A DNA stretch of 64,000 bases from Candidatus Kerfeldbacteria bacterium CG_4_10_14_0_8_um_filter_42_10 (GCA_002784945.1 PFMD01000024.1:17858-81857), one strand, 5' to 3'. Shown: positions 27,650 through 38,711, counted from the stretch's first letter. Notes: generated by a model from the sequence alone, not told the origin. Program-made: numbers and translations.

Positions 27650-29185
27650 ATGTCCAGTAAAGACCAAATAGTCCAGCAGTTAAAAAAACAGATTGAAAAT
27701 TTCAAAACAGAGGCTACTTTAGAAAAAGTGGGAACCGTTGTAGAAGTGGGCGACGGCATTGCTAAAATATCCGGGCTTTCCGATTGCATGTCGCAGGAAA
27801 TGTTAGAGTTCGAAAACGGCCAGTTCGGAGTCGCCCTGAATTTAGAAGAAGATAACGTTGGAGCGATAATCTTGGGCGATTATTTGGGAATCGAAGAAGG
27901 TCATAGCGTCAAGACCACCAAGAGGATATTGGAAGTGCCGGTCGGCGAAGCGGTGATTGGCCGGGTGGTTAATCCTTTAGGCCAGGCTTTAGACGGTAAA
28001 GGTGAAATATCCGCCCAAGGCGGATCCGCCTCTGGCGGAAAGTCCTCACTTTTTTATCCGGTAGAAAAAATCGCTCCCCGGGTCATTACCCGAGAAGAAG
28101 TGAATACTCCCTTGCAAACCGGCATTAAAGCGATTGATTCCATGATTCCGATTGGCCGGGGACAAAGGGAATTGATTATCGGCGATCGACAAACCGGCAA
28201 AACGGCTTTGGCGATCGATACGATTATCAACCAGAAGCAGGAAAAAGTAATCTGCATCTATGTTGCCATTGGCCAAAAAGAGTCTAAAATAGCAAAAATT
28301 GTCAATAAACTCCAAGAAGAAGGTGCAATGAAATATACCACGGTAGTGTTGGCCAGCGCTTCGGATCTCGCCTCGCTTTCTTATATCGCCCCTTATGCCG
28401 GCTGTGCCATGGGAGAATACTTTATGGATCAAGGGAAGGATGTTTTGCTGGTTTACGACGATCTTTCTAAACATGCCGTGGCTTATCGCGAAATCTCGCT
28501 GCTTTTAAGAAGACCCCCCAGCCGAGAAGCCTATCCCGGTGATATTTTCTATCTCCATTCCCGGCTTTTGGAACGATCCGCCAAAATGAACAAGAAATAT
28601 GGCGGTGGCTCTTTAACCGCTTTGCCGATTATCGAAACTCAGGCCGGCGATGTTTCCGCTTATATTCCTACCAATGTAATTTCCATTACCGACGGCCAGA
28701 TTTTTCTGGAATCGGATTTATTCTATAAAGGAATCCGCCCCGCTTTAAATACCGGCATTTCGGTTTCCCGGGTCGGCTCGAAAGCCCAAATTAAGGCGAT
28801 GAAAAAAGTGGCCGGCAAGCTTAAGCTGGCCATGGCCCAATATCGCGAGTTGGAAGCTTTCGCCCAGTTCGGGTCGGACTTGGATGAAACCACCCAACAA
28901 CAGTTGAATTTGGGCCGAAGATTGACTGAAATTCTTAAGCAAGGACAGTACGTACCAATGTCCGTAGAGCATCAGGTGGCTATTTTGTATGCTGTCACCA
29001 ACGGCCAGCTTAATGACATTAAAGTGGAAGAAATTGCCAAATTCGAAGAAGAATTCCATAAATATTTAAGCACCAACGGTTTAGAAGTCCTTAAGAAGAT
29101 AAAGGAAAAACAAGAATTAGATGATGCTACTGAAAATCAGTTGAAAAAAGTCATTGAAGATTTTAAAAGAACCTTAGCTTCTTAG
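27650..29185 (+). CDS. atpA: F0F1 ATP synthase subunit alpha
   Basis: 511 aa; GDRQTGKT P-loop and the full alpha-subunit signature; contains the in-frame 28-nt palindromic repeat (AQGGSASGG) at 28011..28038. Confidence 0.95.
   Translation: MSSKDQIVQQLKKQIENFKTEATLEKVGTVVEVGDGIAKISGLSDCMSQEMLEFENGQFGVALNLEEDNVGAIILGDYLGIEEGHSVKTTKRILEVPVGEAVIGRVVNPLGQALDGKGEISAQGGSASGGKSSLFYPVEKIAPRVITREEVNTPLQTGIKAIDSMIPIGRGQRELIIGDRQTGKTALAIDTIINQKQEKVICIYVAIGQKESKIAKIVNKLQEEGAMKYTTVVLASASDLASLSYIAPYAGCAMGEYFMDQGKDVLLVYDDLSKHAVAYREISLLLRRPPSREAYPGDIFYLHSRLLERSAKMNKKYGGGSLTALPIIETQAGDVSAYIPTNVISITDGQIFLESDLFYKGIRPALNTGISVSRVGSKAQIKAMKKVAGKLKLAMAQYRELEAFAQFGSDLDETTQQQLNLGRRLTEILKQGQYVPMSVEHQVAILYAVTNGQLNDIKVEEIAKFEEEFHKYLSTNGLEVLKKIKEKQELDDATENQLKKVIEDFKRTLAS
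28011..28038. repeat. 28-nt palindromic repeat CCGCCCAAGGCGGATCCGCCTCTGGCGG inserted in-frame in atpA
   Basis: Identical 28-mer (reverse complement) at 43355..43382 in glyQS; encodes AQGGSASGG and lengthens a loop relative to E. coli AtpA. Confidence 0.8.
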
Positions 29186-29258
29186 CTTATTAGCCTTTTA
29201 GTCACACCGCACCCGCGACCTAAAAAGCTAAGAAGCTACTTCCTAACACCTAAAACAA
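29186..29258. repeat. A/T-rich AAGCTA inverted-repeat element between atpA and atpG
   Basis: CTTAGCTTATTAGCCTTTTAG ... CTAAAAAGCTAAGAAGCTA; family shared with 12840 and 37425. Confidence 0.5.
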
Positions 29259-30191
29259 ATGCCACAAGCTACAAGAGATATTAAAAGAAGAATAAAATCG
29301 GTCCGCAATACTCACAAAGTTACCAAAGCAATGGAAATGGTTGCGGCGGCTAAAATGCGCAAAGCAGTGAGTAATGTTGTGGCGACCAGAAGTTATAGTA
29401 ACCTGGCTTGGGAACTGGTCAAGAATTTAGCCCGAAGAACCGATTCCAAGTATCATCCTTTGCTGGAGAAAAGAGACAAAATCAAAAAAATCGGAATGGT
29501 TCTGATAACCTCTAACCGGGGCTTGTGCGGCGGATTTAACAATCAGATAATCGACCGGGTCACCCAATATGTCAGGCAACAGAAAGAAGAAGGGGGTATT
29601 GAATCCGACCTGGTAATTATGGGAAAAAAAGGGAGAGAGGCAATGCTTAAAAAGGGCCATACCATTATTGCTGAATTCACAAAACTGGATATCACCAATA
29701 CGATTCCCGAGATCAGGCCGTTAAGCAATTTGATTATCAACGACTATTTAGAAGGAAAATATGACCAGGTAATGATTGCTTACACTGACTTTATTTCTAC
29801 CTTAGTTCAAAAGCCCAGAATTTTAGAACTGTTGCCGATCGAAAAAAGAGAAGAGGATCGGTATCTTGGTCAGGCTAAAACCGGTAAGCTTGAGACGGAA
29901 AAAATCAGCGAGCCTAAAACGCCGTCAATTGAATTCGAATATCTGTTTGAGCCTTCTGCTGATGAAGTGCTGGGTGAATTGTTGCCGCGACTGCTGGAAA
30001 TGCAGATTTACCAAGTTATTTTAGAATCAGATGCCAGCGAACATTCTTCTAGAATGGTGGCGATGCGCAATGCCTCGGATGCCGCGGCTGACATGATTGA
30101 TGGCTTAACTTTGATATTCAACAAGGCCAGGCAGGCCTCCATCACCGCCGAGCTGGCTGATATCAGCGGCGGCCGGATTGCTTTGGAATAA
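29259..30191 (+). CDS. atpG: F0F1 ATP synthase subunit gamma
   Basis: 310 aa; N-terminal IKRRIKSVRNT..KVTKAMEMVAAAKMRKA and C-terminal ITAELADISGG helices. Confidence 0.9.
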   Translation: MPQATRDIKRRIKSVRNTHKVTKAMEMVAAAKMRKAVSNVVATRSYSNLAWELVKNLARRTDSKYHPLLEKRDKIKKIGMVLITSNRGLCGGFNNQIIDRVTQYVRQQKEEGGIESDLVIMGKKGREAMLKKGHTIIAEFTKLDITNTIPEIRPLSNLIINDYLEGKYDQVMIAYTDFISTLVQKPRILELLPIEKREEDRYLGQAKTGKLETEKISEPKTPSIEFEYLFEPSADEVLGELLPRLLEMQIYQVILESDASEHSSRMVAMRNASDAAADMIDGLTLIFNKARQASITAELADISGGRIALE

Positions 30192-30211
30192 ATATAGATT
30201 TTAAATTATAA

Positions 30212-31615
<1,404 letters not shown>

Positions 31616-31673
31616 AAAGCGCAAATACGCATTCGCGCTTTCTGATTCCCAATAACAATTACCATACTAACTT

Positions 31674-32129
31674 ATGCCAAAGATTAAGTTCAAAATCGTC
31701 ACTCCCGAAAAAGTGGTCTATGAAAATGAAATCGACCAAATTACCCTAACCACTAAAATGGGGGAAGTTACCATTCTCCCTAATCACATTCCTTTAGTAA
31801 GCTCCTTGAAGGCCGGCGAAATATTGATTAAAAAGGATGGGCAAGAAATACCCCTGGCCGTTTCCGGAGGATTTGCTGAATTAGCCAACAATAACCTGGT
31901 TATTCTAGCCGATACCGCCGAACGGGTGGAAGAGATCGACGAAGCCCAAGCGGAAGAAGCCAGAAAAAGGGCGGAAGAGTTTCTAAAAAGGCGGGGACAA
32001 GTGGCAGAAGAAGCGGTCGATTACACGGCCCTGGCCGCCAAGCTAGAAAAAGAACTGGCCCGTTTGAAAGTGGTTCGAAAATATCGAAGAAATCGGCCAT
32101 CTCAACCCACTATAAGATTAGAAGAATAA
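31674..32129 (+). CDS. atpC: F0F1 ATP synthase subunit epsilon
   Basis: 151 aa; N-terminal beta-sandwich and C-terminal helical hairpin. Confidence 0.85.
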   Translation: MPKIKFKIVTPEKVVYENEIDQITLTTKMGEVTILPNHIPLVSSLKAGEILIKKDGQEIPLAVSGGFAELANNNLVILADTAERVEEIDEAQAEEARKRAEEFLKRRGQVAEEAVDYTALAAKLEKELARLKVVRKYRRNRPSQPTIRLEE

Positions 32130-32319
32130 AAAATTATTGAGACTAAAGAATAATTCTTTATATTGATAAGGGAAGGATAGGGGTAGATAATACTCTAAAA
32201 TATAACTAATCTTAATTCTGCGTTAGAGGCTTGAATTCAGCTACGGATAAGTTGCGTTAGAAAATACAATATGATATATTATGGATATCAGAATTTATTA
32301 GCATAAAAGATTCCAATTT

Positions 32320-32679
32320 ATGAAAAAAATTCTTTTACTTGCGGGAATAAGCACTTTCTTTGTAATCTTTTTACCCCTTTCGGTAAACGCTTTATCGTTT
32401 TGGGACCCCAGCGGAACTTTAGGTCTTGGATCTGCAGATCTGCAAACTACGGTAATTAAGATTATTCAATGGATTCTGGGCCTGTTGGGATTGGTGGCGG
32501 TAATTATGATTCTTTATGGCGGATTCACTTGGCTGACTTCAGCGGGCAATGAAGAAAAGATTTCCAAAGCGAAAGGAGTGATTACTGCGGCAGTAATCGG
32601 TTTGGTTATAGTTATTTTATCTTGGGCCGTGGTGCGATACGCTCTTAACACTCTTACTAACGTATCTGGAGCCAGTTAA
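32320..32679 (+). CDS. Small secreted two-TM protein, TrbC/VirB2-like pilin family
   Basis: 119 aa; signal peptide then two hydrophobic helices (WILGLLGLVAVIMILYGG ... VITAAVIGLVIVILSWAVV). Confidence 0.45.
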   Translation: MKKILLLAGISTFFVIFLPLSVNALSFWDPSGTLGLGSADLQTTVIKIIQWILGLLGLVAVIMILYGGFTWLTSAGNEEKISKAKGVITAAVIGLVIVILSWAVVRYALNTLTNVSGAS

Positions 32680-32703
32680 GATCAGACCATTAATAACTAA
32701 ATC

Positions 32704-32730
32704 TCCCCGTCAAAGGGGAGGTTTTTGTTA
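32704..32730 (+). terminator. Rho-independent terminator after pilin-like gene
   Basis: CTCCCC-gtcaaa-GGGGAG followed by GTTTTTGTT. Confidence 0.6.
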
Positions 32731-32778
32731 TAAAAATAACCCCGGGCTGACTAAAAAATTGCCAGATCCCGGGGGAAT
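32731..32778 (-). terminator. Convergent terminator for the 32804..33067 minus-strand gene
   Basis: CCCCGGG...CCCGGGG stem; TTATTTTTAT follows on the minus strand. Confidence 0.4.
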
Positions 32779-32803
32779 GCTGAGGCGGCTAACCGCCAAA
32801 AAA

Positions 32804-33067
32804 TCAGAAACCATACGCCATCGCCTCCTCCGTTGCAAGAACATAGCCCTTGCGACCCTCGATTTCAACAGGGAAAAAGAGATTCCCGTTCAACCGCTCG
32901 GGGTCAATATCATGCCCGGTTTTAAAGAGGATCAGGCTCATATGGTCTAACTCTCCCTGAGGCATTTTAAAAACCTCAAAGAGATCAGTGGACTTTTCCA
33001 CTTGATGCGTTTGGAAAGCCTGGTGTGCCCGATTTTTCATTTCCGAAGAAACCCTTACATCATTCAT
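32804..33067 (-). CDS. Hypothetical small protein
   Basis: 87 aa ORF with its own terminator; no recognisable motif. Confidence 0.3.
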   Translation of the reverse strand: MNDVRVSSEMKNRAHQAFQTHQVEKSTDLFEVFKMPQGELDHMSLILFKTGHDIDPERLNGNLFFPVEIEGRKGYVLATEEAMAYGF

Positions 33068-33239
33068 ACGACACCCGTCTTTCTGCTAAAGGAGCATTAT
33101 GTGACTTTTTGTCGAAGTATTTTAGCATAGGTTAAAAATTATGTCAACCCCGTTAGAAATTTATGTTTTAATAGTAAATATTGTTCATACTTAGACGAAA
33201 TTTCCAAAGGGATTAAGGCTAAAAACTTTAAGCCGCTTT

Positions 33240-33959
33240 TTAGACTAATTTTCTCTCATTTACTTCTCTGGTAAATTCCCCCAATATATTTTCGTCTTTC
33301 GGAAAAACAAGCTGAACCGGTTTTCCCTTTCGAATAGTGTCAGTACGGTAAATTTCGAAATCTTCACTGGAAGCTAAAGCACTGGTAGCATCGCCAAAGT
33401 CTATTAAATAAACGTTAAGCTCGTCATTCACCATAATGTTCTCAAGATGGAGATCGCGATGGTATAATCCCGCCTGGTGCGCTAGATCGATTTGTTGCTT
33501 AATGCCATCTTTAATTTTCTGATACTCTTCTTCGGTAAATTTTTTTCCTTCTTGTTCTCTCTGGTCCAGTAATTCTTTAAGATTCGGTCCGTTAATAGTT
33601 TCCATTATAATAAAGTCTTGTGTTTTCTGGCCGTTCCCTTCTTTTCCCTCAATAAGCATCCAAACCTTCGGCACTCTGACTCCCGCCTCATAATATTCCT
33701 GCTGGAGATCAAATTCTCTGCCAGGACTATTAACAGAAGCTTCGGAATTGTAATTAGTTTTGGCGCAAAGCTTTGTTCCAAACGCTGGGTGATCGCTAAA
33801 CCAAACCTCGGCCGCTTTTCCTTTTCCCAGATTTTCCCGGCGCAGGTATTGTTCTTCCAGTATTTTGCGGGCCAGTTTTTCCTGCTGCTTTTTACTAAAT
33901 TCTGGACCAGCCTCCTGTTCAAAATCTTTGGTTACTCTTAGTGCTCCGACTTCATACAT
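33240..33959 (-). CDS. Protein-kinase-like fold protein (atypical kinase)
   Basis: 239 aa; Gly-rich loop LGKGKAAEVW, catalytic loop HRDLHLENIMV, DFG motif IDFGDA. Confidence 0.6.
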   Translation of the reverse strand: MYEVGALRVTKDFEQEAGPEFSKKQQEKLARKILEEQYLRRENLGKGKAAEVWFSDHPAFGTKLCAKTNYNSEASVNSPGREFDLQQEYYEAGVRVPKVWMLIEGKEGNGQKTQDFIIMETINGPNLKELLDQREQEGKKFTEEEYQKIKDGIKQQIDLAHQAGLYHRDLHLENIMVNDELNVYLIDFGDATSALASSEDFEIYRTDTIRKGKPVQLVFPKDENILGEFTREVNERKLV

Positions 33960-34158
33960 ATAATCTATTCATTTTAACAATTATTCCTTGATAGATTTTA
34001 GAAAGATTGGCGCTTTTTCCTTCAGCGTGAAATCCCCGGCCTTTTTTATCCTGAACGGCAATAAAGGTATAATAATCCCCTTTCAACTTATAATCATTCA
34101 GGCAGACGATCAGGAATCCTTTTTGATGTATCTGTTTTTGAAACTGTTTAAATTCCAT
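33952..34158 (-). CDS. Hypothetical small protein
   Basis: 68 aa ORF lying between the rmuC and kinase-like genes and overlapping the kinase start by 8 nt. Confidence 0.3.
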   Translation of the reverse strand: MEFKQFQKQIHQKGFLIVCLNDYKLKGDYYTFIAVQDKKGRGFHAEGKSANLSKIYQGIIVKMNRLYV

Positions 34159-34159
34159 A

Positions 34160-35212
34160 CTATTCTTCTTTAGGTTTCTCGAGCTCGATTGGCTCTACCT
34201 TGCCGCCTTTGTCACTGATTTTAATAACATCTTTATCAACTTTTTTAAATTCTTTGTAAGCCGTATTGTAAGTATTCACCGCGGTACCCAAGTGCTGGCC
34301 TAATTTTTTGAAATATTCTTCGTAGCTTAGCAAGTGTTTGGCCAGCGATTCCACGTTTTTGCGGATCTCTTTGGCCGATTCTTCAATTTGAAGCGCGCGA
34401 AGCCCTTGCAGAACTGTTTGCAAATAGGCCAAGAAGCTGGTGGGCGAAACAATGATAACGTGTTTTTCTTTAAAGGCGTATTCGATTAAATCTCGGGTGG
34501 CAATTTTGACCGCACCCACTTTATTAATTAATAAATCATAGTAAATCGCTTCTGAAGGAATAAACATAAAAGCGAATTCCATGGTATCTTCCTGAGGACG
34601 GACGTATTTGGCCGTTTCGTCAATTCGGTTTTTCAAATCCATTTTAAACTGCTTTTCTAATTGAGCCCGCGCTCCTTCGTCTCTTTCATTTAGGATTCGT
34701 TCATAATTTTCTAAAGTAAACTTAGAATCAATCGGAATAATTTTCTCTTTCACAAAAACCACCGCATCAACAATTTCGCCGTCTTTGAATTTATACTGCA
34801 TTTTGTAGGAATTGGGCGGAAGTACGTTTTTTAACGTTTCTTCCAAATAATATTCTCCCAGCACGCCGCGCTGCTTGGGATTTTTTAAAATGTCCTGGAG
34901 ATTTTGGAGCTGGTCGGTAAAATTCAGCACATTTTTATTAGTTTCATCCAGCTTGGTCAGTCGCTCTGTCACGTCTTGGATTATTTTCGCGGACTGGCCG
35001 AATTGCGACTGCATCATTTTGACCGAATCTCCCATTTTTTGATCCACCACCTTGCTCATTTCTTCCATTCTTTGCTGGAGCAGTAAAAGGCCATCGGAAT
35101 CCTTTTTAGATTCCTGCAGCTCTTTAAATTTATGATTCAATTGAGACATTAGTAATCCGAGGATTAAAACGGCAAAGACAGCAAGAGCAATTATCAAGGT
35201 AACGATGTCCAT
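34160..35212 (-). CDS. rmuC: DNA recombination protein RmuC
   Basis: 350 aa; N-terminal TM anchor, long coiled coil, C-terminal RmuC nuclease-like domain. Confidence 0.75.
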   Translation of the reverse strand: MDIVTLIIALAVFAVLILGLLMSQLNHKFKELQESKKDSDGLLLLQQRMEEMSKVVDQKMGDSVKMMQSQFGQSAKIIQDVTERLTKLDETNKNVLNFTDQLQNLQDILKNPKQRGVLGEYYLEETLKNVLPPNSYKMQYKFKDGEIVDAVVFVKEKIIPIDSKFTLENYERILNERDEGARAQLEKQFKMDLKNRIDETAKYVRPQEDTMEFAFMFIPSEAIYYDLLINKVGAVKIATRDLIEYAFKEKHVIIVSPTSFLAYLQTVLQGLRALQIEESAKEIRKNVESLAKHLLSYEEYFKKLGQHLGTAVNTYNTAYKEFKKVDKDVIKISDKGGKVEPIELEKPKEE

Positions 35213-35287
35213 AGATTTTGATTAATAGATAAGCATTTATAGTATGCTAATAATAACAAAATTAGTGTTGTACTTCAAGTACTGATC

Positions 35288-35315
35288 CACTTTCATGATA
35301 TAGTGCATGAAAGTG
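35288..35315. promoter_or_regulatory. Candidate operator palindrome between TrpR-like gene and rmuC
   Basis: CACTTTCATG-atatagtg-CATGAAAGTG, 10-bp perfect inverted repeat; no T-run follows, so it is unlikely to be a terminator. Confidence 0.4.
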
Positions 35316-35317
35316 TT

Positions 35318-35713
35318 TTATCTCCCAGTTTTTGACCGAATTGCAATCTGATAACCACCACGGCCAAAATGAAGCCACCGTTCTACCCGAGCGATGGTTG
35401 GAAAACCACAATGTAAACGTTTAATAATTTCTTTATAAGTAAATCCATCAACTAGCATCTCAGCGATTAGCAATCGCCTGACTAACATTATTCGCTCCTG
35501 GCGGTTGAGCAAATCCTTAAGAAAATTCTTCATAACTCGCCTACTCTTTAATTGACAAAGTGTATCACAAAGCATATCCATTAATCTCTCTTGATGAGCG
35601 TATGAAATTTTCTTTTCATTATATCGAGACATATTATTTCTTATTAACGCTACCATGCTACAGTGCGTGGTAGTACTTAATAAAATAAAAACGGGCCGTG
35701 TTAGAACGCCCAT
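35318..35713 (-). CDS. TrpR/YerC-family DNA-binding protein
   Basis: Helix-turn-helix region FTYKEIIKRLHCGFPTIARVERWL resembles Trp-repressor/YerC; true start probably the internal Met at 35632 (MSRYNEKK...). Confidence 0.5.
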   Translation of the reverse strand: MGVLTRPVFILLSTTTHCSMVALIRNNMSRYNEKKISYAHQERLMDMLCDTLCQLKSRRVMKNFLKDLLNRQERIMLVRRLLIAEMLVDGFTYKEIIKRLHCGFPTIARVERWLHFGRGGYQIAIRSKTGR

Positions 35714-35781
35714 TTTTTACTTGCATATTTATCCTATCACTTTATTAAATCATGTCAATAGATATCAAACGAAAAATAGTT

Positions 35782-36576
35782 TCATCTCATAAAATAGACT
35801 CCTAAAATTACCAGCGCCAGCGCAATTCGATACCAGACGAACGGCCGATAGTTCTTGGTTTGAATATAACGCAGCAAATATTTGATGCTCAAAAAGCCGG
35901 AAAATGCGGCTACCAGAGCGCCCATAACAACGCCGACGCTGATTCCTTCGTGCAGCAACTCGGGCACTTTAACCAATCCCGCTCCAAAAATAATCGGGGT
36001 GGAAAGCAGAAACGAGAAACGGGCCGCCGCTTCCCGATTAATGTTCCTAAATAAAGCCATAGAAATGGTAGCGCCGGAGCGGGATACTCCGGGAACAATT
36101 GCCACTGCTTGGGAAATACCTATTATAAGACTATCCCAAAGACCTATCTCGCTAAAACTTCGTCCTTTTTTGCCAGCTTTGTCCGCCCAGCCTAAGATTA
36201 ATCCCATTATCGCCAAAGTGCCGGCAATTAAAAGCGGAGCCCGAAAAGAAGTTTCCGCCCAATCATCCAGCAAGTAACCGAACAGCGCTCCGGGCACCGA
36301 GGCAATAACGATCAATCCTAGCATTTTACGATCTTGCTTTAGGGAATCGTTTTGACCTCGTCTAAACAGCGATTTAACCAACCTTATCCAATCTTTCCAA
36401 AAATAAGCCAATACGGCAATTAAGGTTCCCCAATGCAACGCCACATCAAAGGCCAAGCCCGGATCCTTGAAATTAAAAAGCCAGGGCAGAACAACTAAAT
36501 GCCCTGAGCTGGAAATCGGCAGGAATTCGCCTAATCCTTGCGCTAGCCCTAAAATGATTGATTGAATTAATTCCAT
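35782..36576 (-). CDS. uppP: Undecaprenyl-diphosphatase
   Basis: 264 aa; LPISSSGHL and PGVSRSGATI motifs of the BacA/UppP family. Confidence 0.9.
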   Translation of the reverse strand: MELIQSIILGLAQGLGEFLPISSSGHLVVLPWLFNFKDPGLAFDVALHWGTLIAVLAYFWKDWIRLVKSLFRRGQNDSLKQDRKMLGLIVIASVPGALFGYLLDDWAETSFRAPLLIAGTLAIMGLILGWADKAGKKGRSFSEIGLWDSLIIGISQAVAIVPGVSRSGATISMALFRNINREAAARFSFLLSTPIIFGAGLVKVPELLHEGISVGVVMGALVAAFSGFLSIKYLLRYIQTKNYRPFVWYRIALALVILGVYFMR

Positions 36577-36582
36577 AGAATA

Positions 36583-37419
36583 TTAAATTTTAAATAGTTT
36601 CCTTGCATTCTCTGTGGTAACTTTTGCCACTTCTTCAAAGGAGATTCCTTTCAGTTCTGCAATTTTTATGGCGATATATTTAACATAAGCCGGTTCATTT
36701 CTTTTGCCTCGATATGGCTCGGGCGCTAAATAGGGAGCATCCGTCTCTAACAAAATTTTATCCAGGGGCAGTTCCTTGGCAACTTTTTGAATTTCCTTGG
36801 CGTTCTTAAAAGTGACTATCCCGGTAAAGGAAATTAAAAATCCCATTTCAATAAACTGCTGCGCTGTTTTCAGATCGCCGCTATAGCAGTGAATTACCCC
36901 TTTGGCATCAGGGAACTGTTTCAGTATAGCCATAATATCTTGATATACTCCCATGGGATCAGCTTCGGTCCCCCGGCTGTGAATGGTCAGCGGCTTCTTT
37001 AATTCTACCGCCAAAGCAATCTGCTGTTTAAAAACCGCCTCCTGCCTTTTTTTAACCAAATCAAAATCATCGTCTTTGGGAATATGGAAATAATCTAAGC
37101 CGGTTTCTCCAATGGCCACTGTTTTGGGATTTAATCCCAATTCGCGGTATTCCGGTAAATTAAATTCTTCCCTTCGTGACTGAAATGCTATTTCTGATTC
37201 ATCGACGCTTACTTCGTGTAAATGAATCGGATGCAAACCAACGGCGGCGTAAACTCCTTCTTTATAATCCACGGCAATGTTGACCGCTCTTTTGCTGGTG
37301 GTTATCTGACTGCTCACATTAATTAACCATACTCCCGCGCGCAGAGCGCGATCAATCACATCAGGCCCGTCTTCTTTAAAGCCGTTGAAATTAACGTGGG
37401 TATGAGTGTCTATCAACAT
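36583..37419 (-). CDS. tatD: TatD-family metal-dependent hydrolase
   Basis: 278 aa; MLIDTHTHVNF N-terminus, GLHP, ETD motifs. Confidence 0.85.
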   Translation of the reverse strand: MLIDTHTHVNFNGFKEDGPDVIDRALRAGVWLINVSSQITTSKRAVNIAVDYKEGVYAAVGLHPIHLHEVSVDESEIAFQSRREEFNLPEYRELGLNPKTVAIGETGLDYFHIPKDDDFDLVKKRQEAVFKQQIALAVELKKPLTIHSRGTEADPMGVYQDIMAILKQFPDAKGVIHCYSGDLKTAQQFIEMGFLISFTGIVTFKNAKEIQKVAKELPLDKILLETDAPYLAPEPYRGKRNEPAYVKYIAIKIAELKGISFEEVAKVTTENARKLFKI

Positions 37420-37424
37420 AAGAT

Positions 37425-37500
37425 TTTAGGAGTTAGCTTTTTAGCTTGTTAGACATTTTTAGATAACCTAAAAAGCTAATAAGCTAAGAAGCTAAATAAC
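37425..37500. repeat. A/T-rich AAGCTA inverted-repeat element
   Basis: TTAGCTTTTTAGCTTGTTAG ... CCTAAAAAGCTAATAAGCTAAGAAGCTAAAT. Confidence 0.5.
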
Positions 37501-37992
37501 CAAGTCTAATCCTTTAACAACTTCCGGCAATAAAAAAGCGAGTGCTTTGCCGATTCTAGCAAACATCGGTACTAAACTGGAATCACCTAATATTTCCACA
37601 ATTTTATCGGCTAAATCAAAGCGGGTAATGAAAAAAAGGCTGATTCCTAAAAAGAGTATTCCTTCAATAAATCCGAAAATGGCGCCTCCTAAACGATTGA
37701 TCAATCCCAGAAAGGGAATAATCATAGCTATTTTGACAACCTTGTTAATAACATAAAAAATCAATCCAATCAGTTGATTGACGACTACAAATACCAGTAA
37801 AAATGCGGCGATTTTCGCCCAATTGGCATCATTGCCCACTAAACCGGCCAGCGGTTCGTAAAGCCGGCCCGCTACCAGCGCTCCGACCACAATACCCAAA
37901 AGAGTGCCTAAAGAATAAATCAGGCCGCCTTTGAACCCGGAAAAAATAAAACTAATCAGCAAAATAATTAGAATCCAGTCTAAAAAGGTCAT
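37492..37992 (-). CDS. cvpA: CvpA-family membrane protein
   Basis: 4-5 TM helices, MTFLDWILIILLISFIFSGFKGG N-terminus typical of CvpA; start set at the internal Met (track ORF extends to 38070). Confidence 0.55.
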   Translation of the reverse strand: MTFLDWILIILLISFIFSGFKGGLIYSLGTLLGIVVGALVAGRLYEPLAGLVGNDANWAKIAAFLLVFVVVNQLIGLIFYVINKVVKIAMIIPFLGLINRLGGAIFGFIEGILFLGISLFFITRFDLADKIVEILGDSSLVPMFARIGKALAFLLPEVVKGLDLVI

Positions 37993-38009
37993 ATTGTTAT
38001 TCTCTAATA

Positions 38010-38711
38010 TTAAGCTAAGACTTGGGGAAAATCCTTGTTTACTAAATAGAGTTCTATTTTTCCCCCGCAAAATTTTTGAACAAATTGACTAAAATCCTGG
38101 GCCGCTTCTTTTACTTCAATATCTTTGACCGGAGGCAATCCTTCCAGAAATATTACCGCTTTGCTAGTTTCATTAGTCAGTTTCGTCTTTTCCGCCTCGC
38201 GCCAGTTAAAACGGCGGCAAAGCACATCATTGTCTTCATCCACATAGACTACTTCTCCCTTATCAGGATGCTCCGCCGCTTCAGCATGCAACGCCCGGAA
38301 ATTTTCATTGCCCGAGGCCAGAATCAATTCAATATTGCCTTTCACTTTTTTCAAATCCTCTCCACCCACCGGCAAAACATGCTTTAGAGAAATCAGATTG
38401 TAAATATCCACTAATTTGTTGATGGAAGGAATCTCCTCCCCCTTGACCACCCGTTTAGTCAGCGCCTCCACCGAACTGCGGTAATGCGAACCGGCTCCAA
38501 AATCGGTATAGGCTTTGCGCCAGCAAGCAATATTGGGATGCTCGGATACTTTCAGTTCCTTAAAATAGCGGCGGCAATAAGCTTCTTCTTGCCTTAATAA
38601 ATCGGCAATCTCTTTTTCCGGCGTAGAATTGTCGATTTCCTTAAGCACAATCATCACGATGTTGAGCTCCGGAAACAAATTAAAAACTTCGGGCGATACG
38701 GTAAACTTCAT
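38010..38711 (-). CDS. B3/4 (tRNA-binding) domain protein
   Basis: 233 aa; overlaps metG stop by 4 nt; resembles the PheT-like B3/B4 family often encoded next to aaRS genes. Confidence 0.45.
   Translation of the reverse strand: MKFTVSPEVFNLFPELNIVMIVLKEIDNSTPEKEIADLLRQEEAYCRRYFKELKVSEHPNIACWRKAYTDFGAGSHYRSSVEALTKRVVKGEEIPSINKLVDIYNLISLKHVLPVGGEDLKKVKGNIELILASGNENFRALHAEAAEHPDKGEVVYVDEDNDVLCRRFNWREAEKTKLTNETSKAVIFLEGLPPVKDIEVKEAAQDFSQFVQKFCGGKIELYLVNKDFPQVLA

Noticed and set aside
28046-28474. 142-aa ORF antisense to atpA, and similar antisense ORFs in atpD, atpG and metG
   Set aside because: Fully embedded in highly conserved housekeeping CDSs; no independent support.
33605-33941. Two ~105-aa ORFs overlapping the kinase-like gene in other frames
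   Set aside because: Shadow ORFs of the kinase-like CDS; the kinase frame carries recognisable catalytic motifs.
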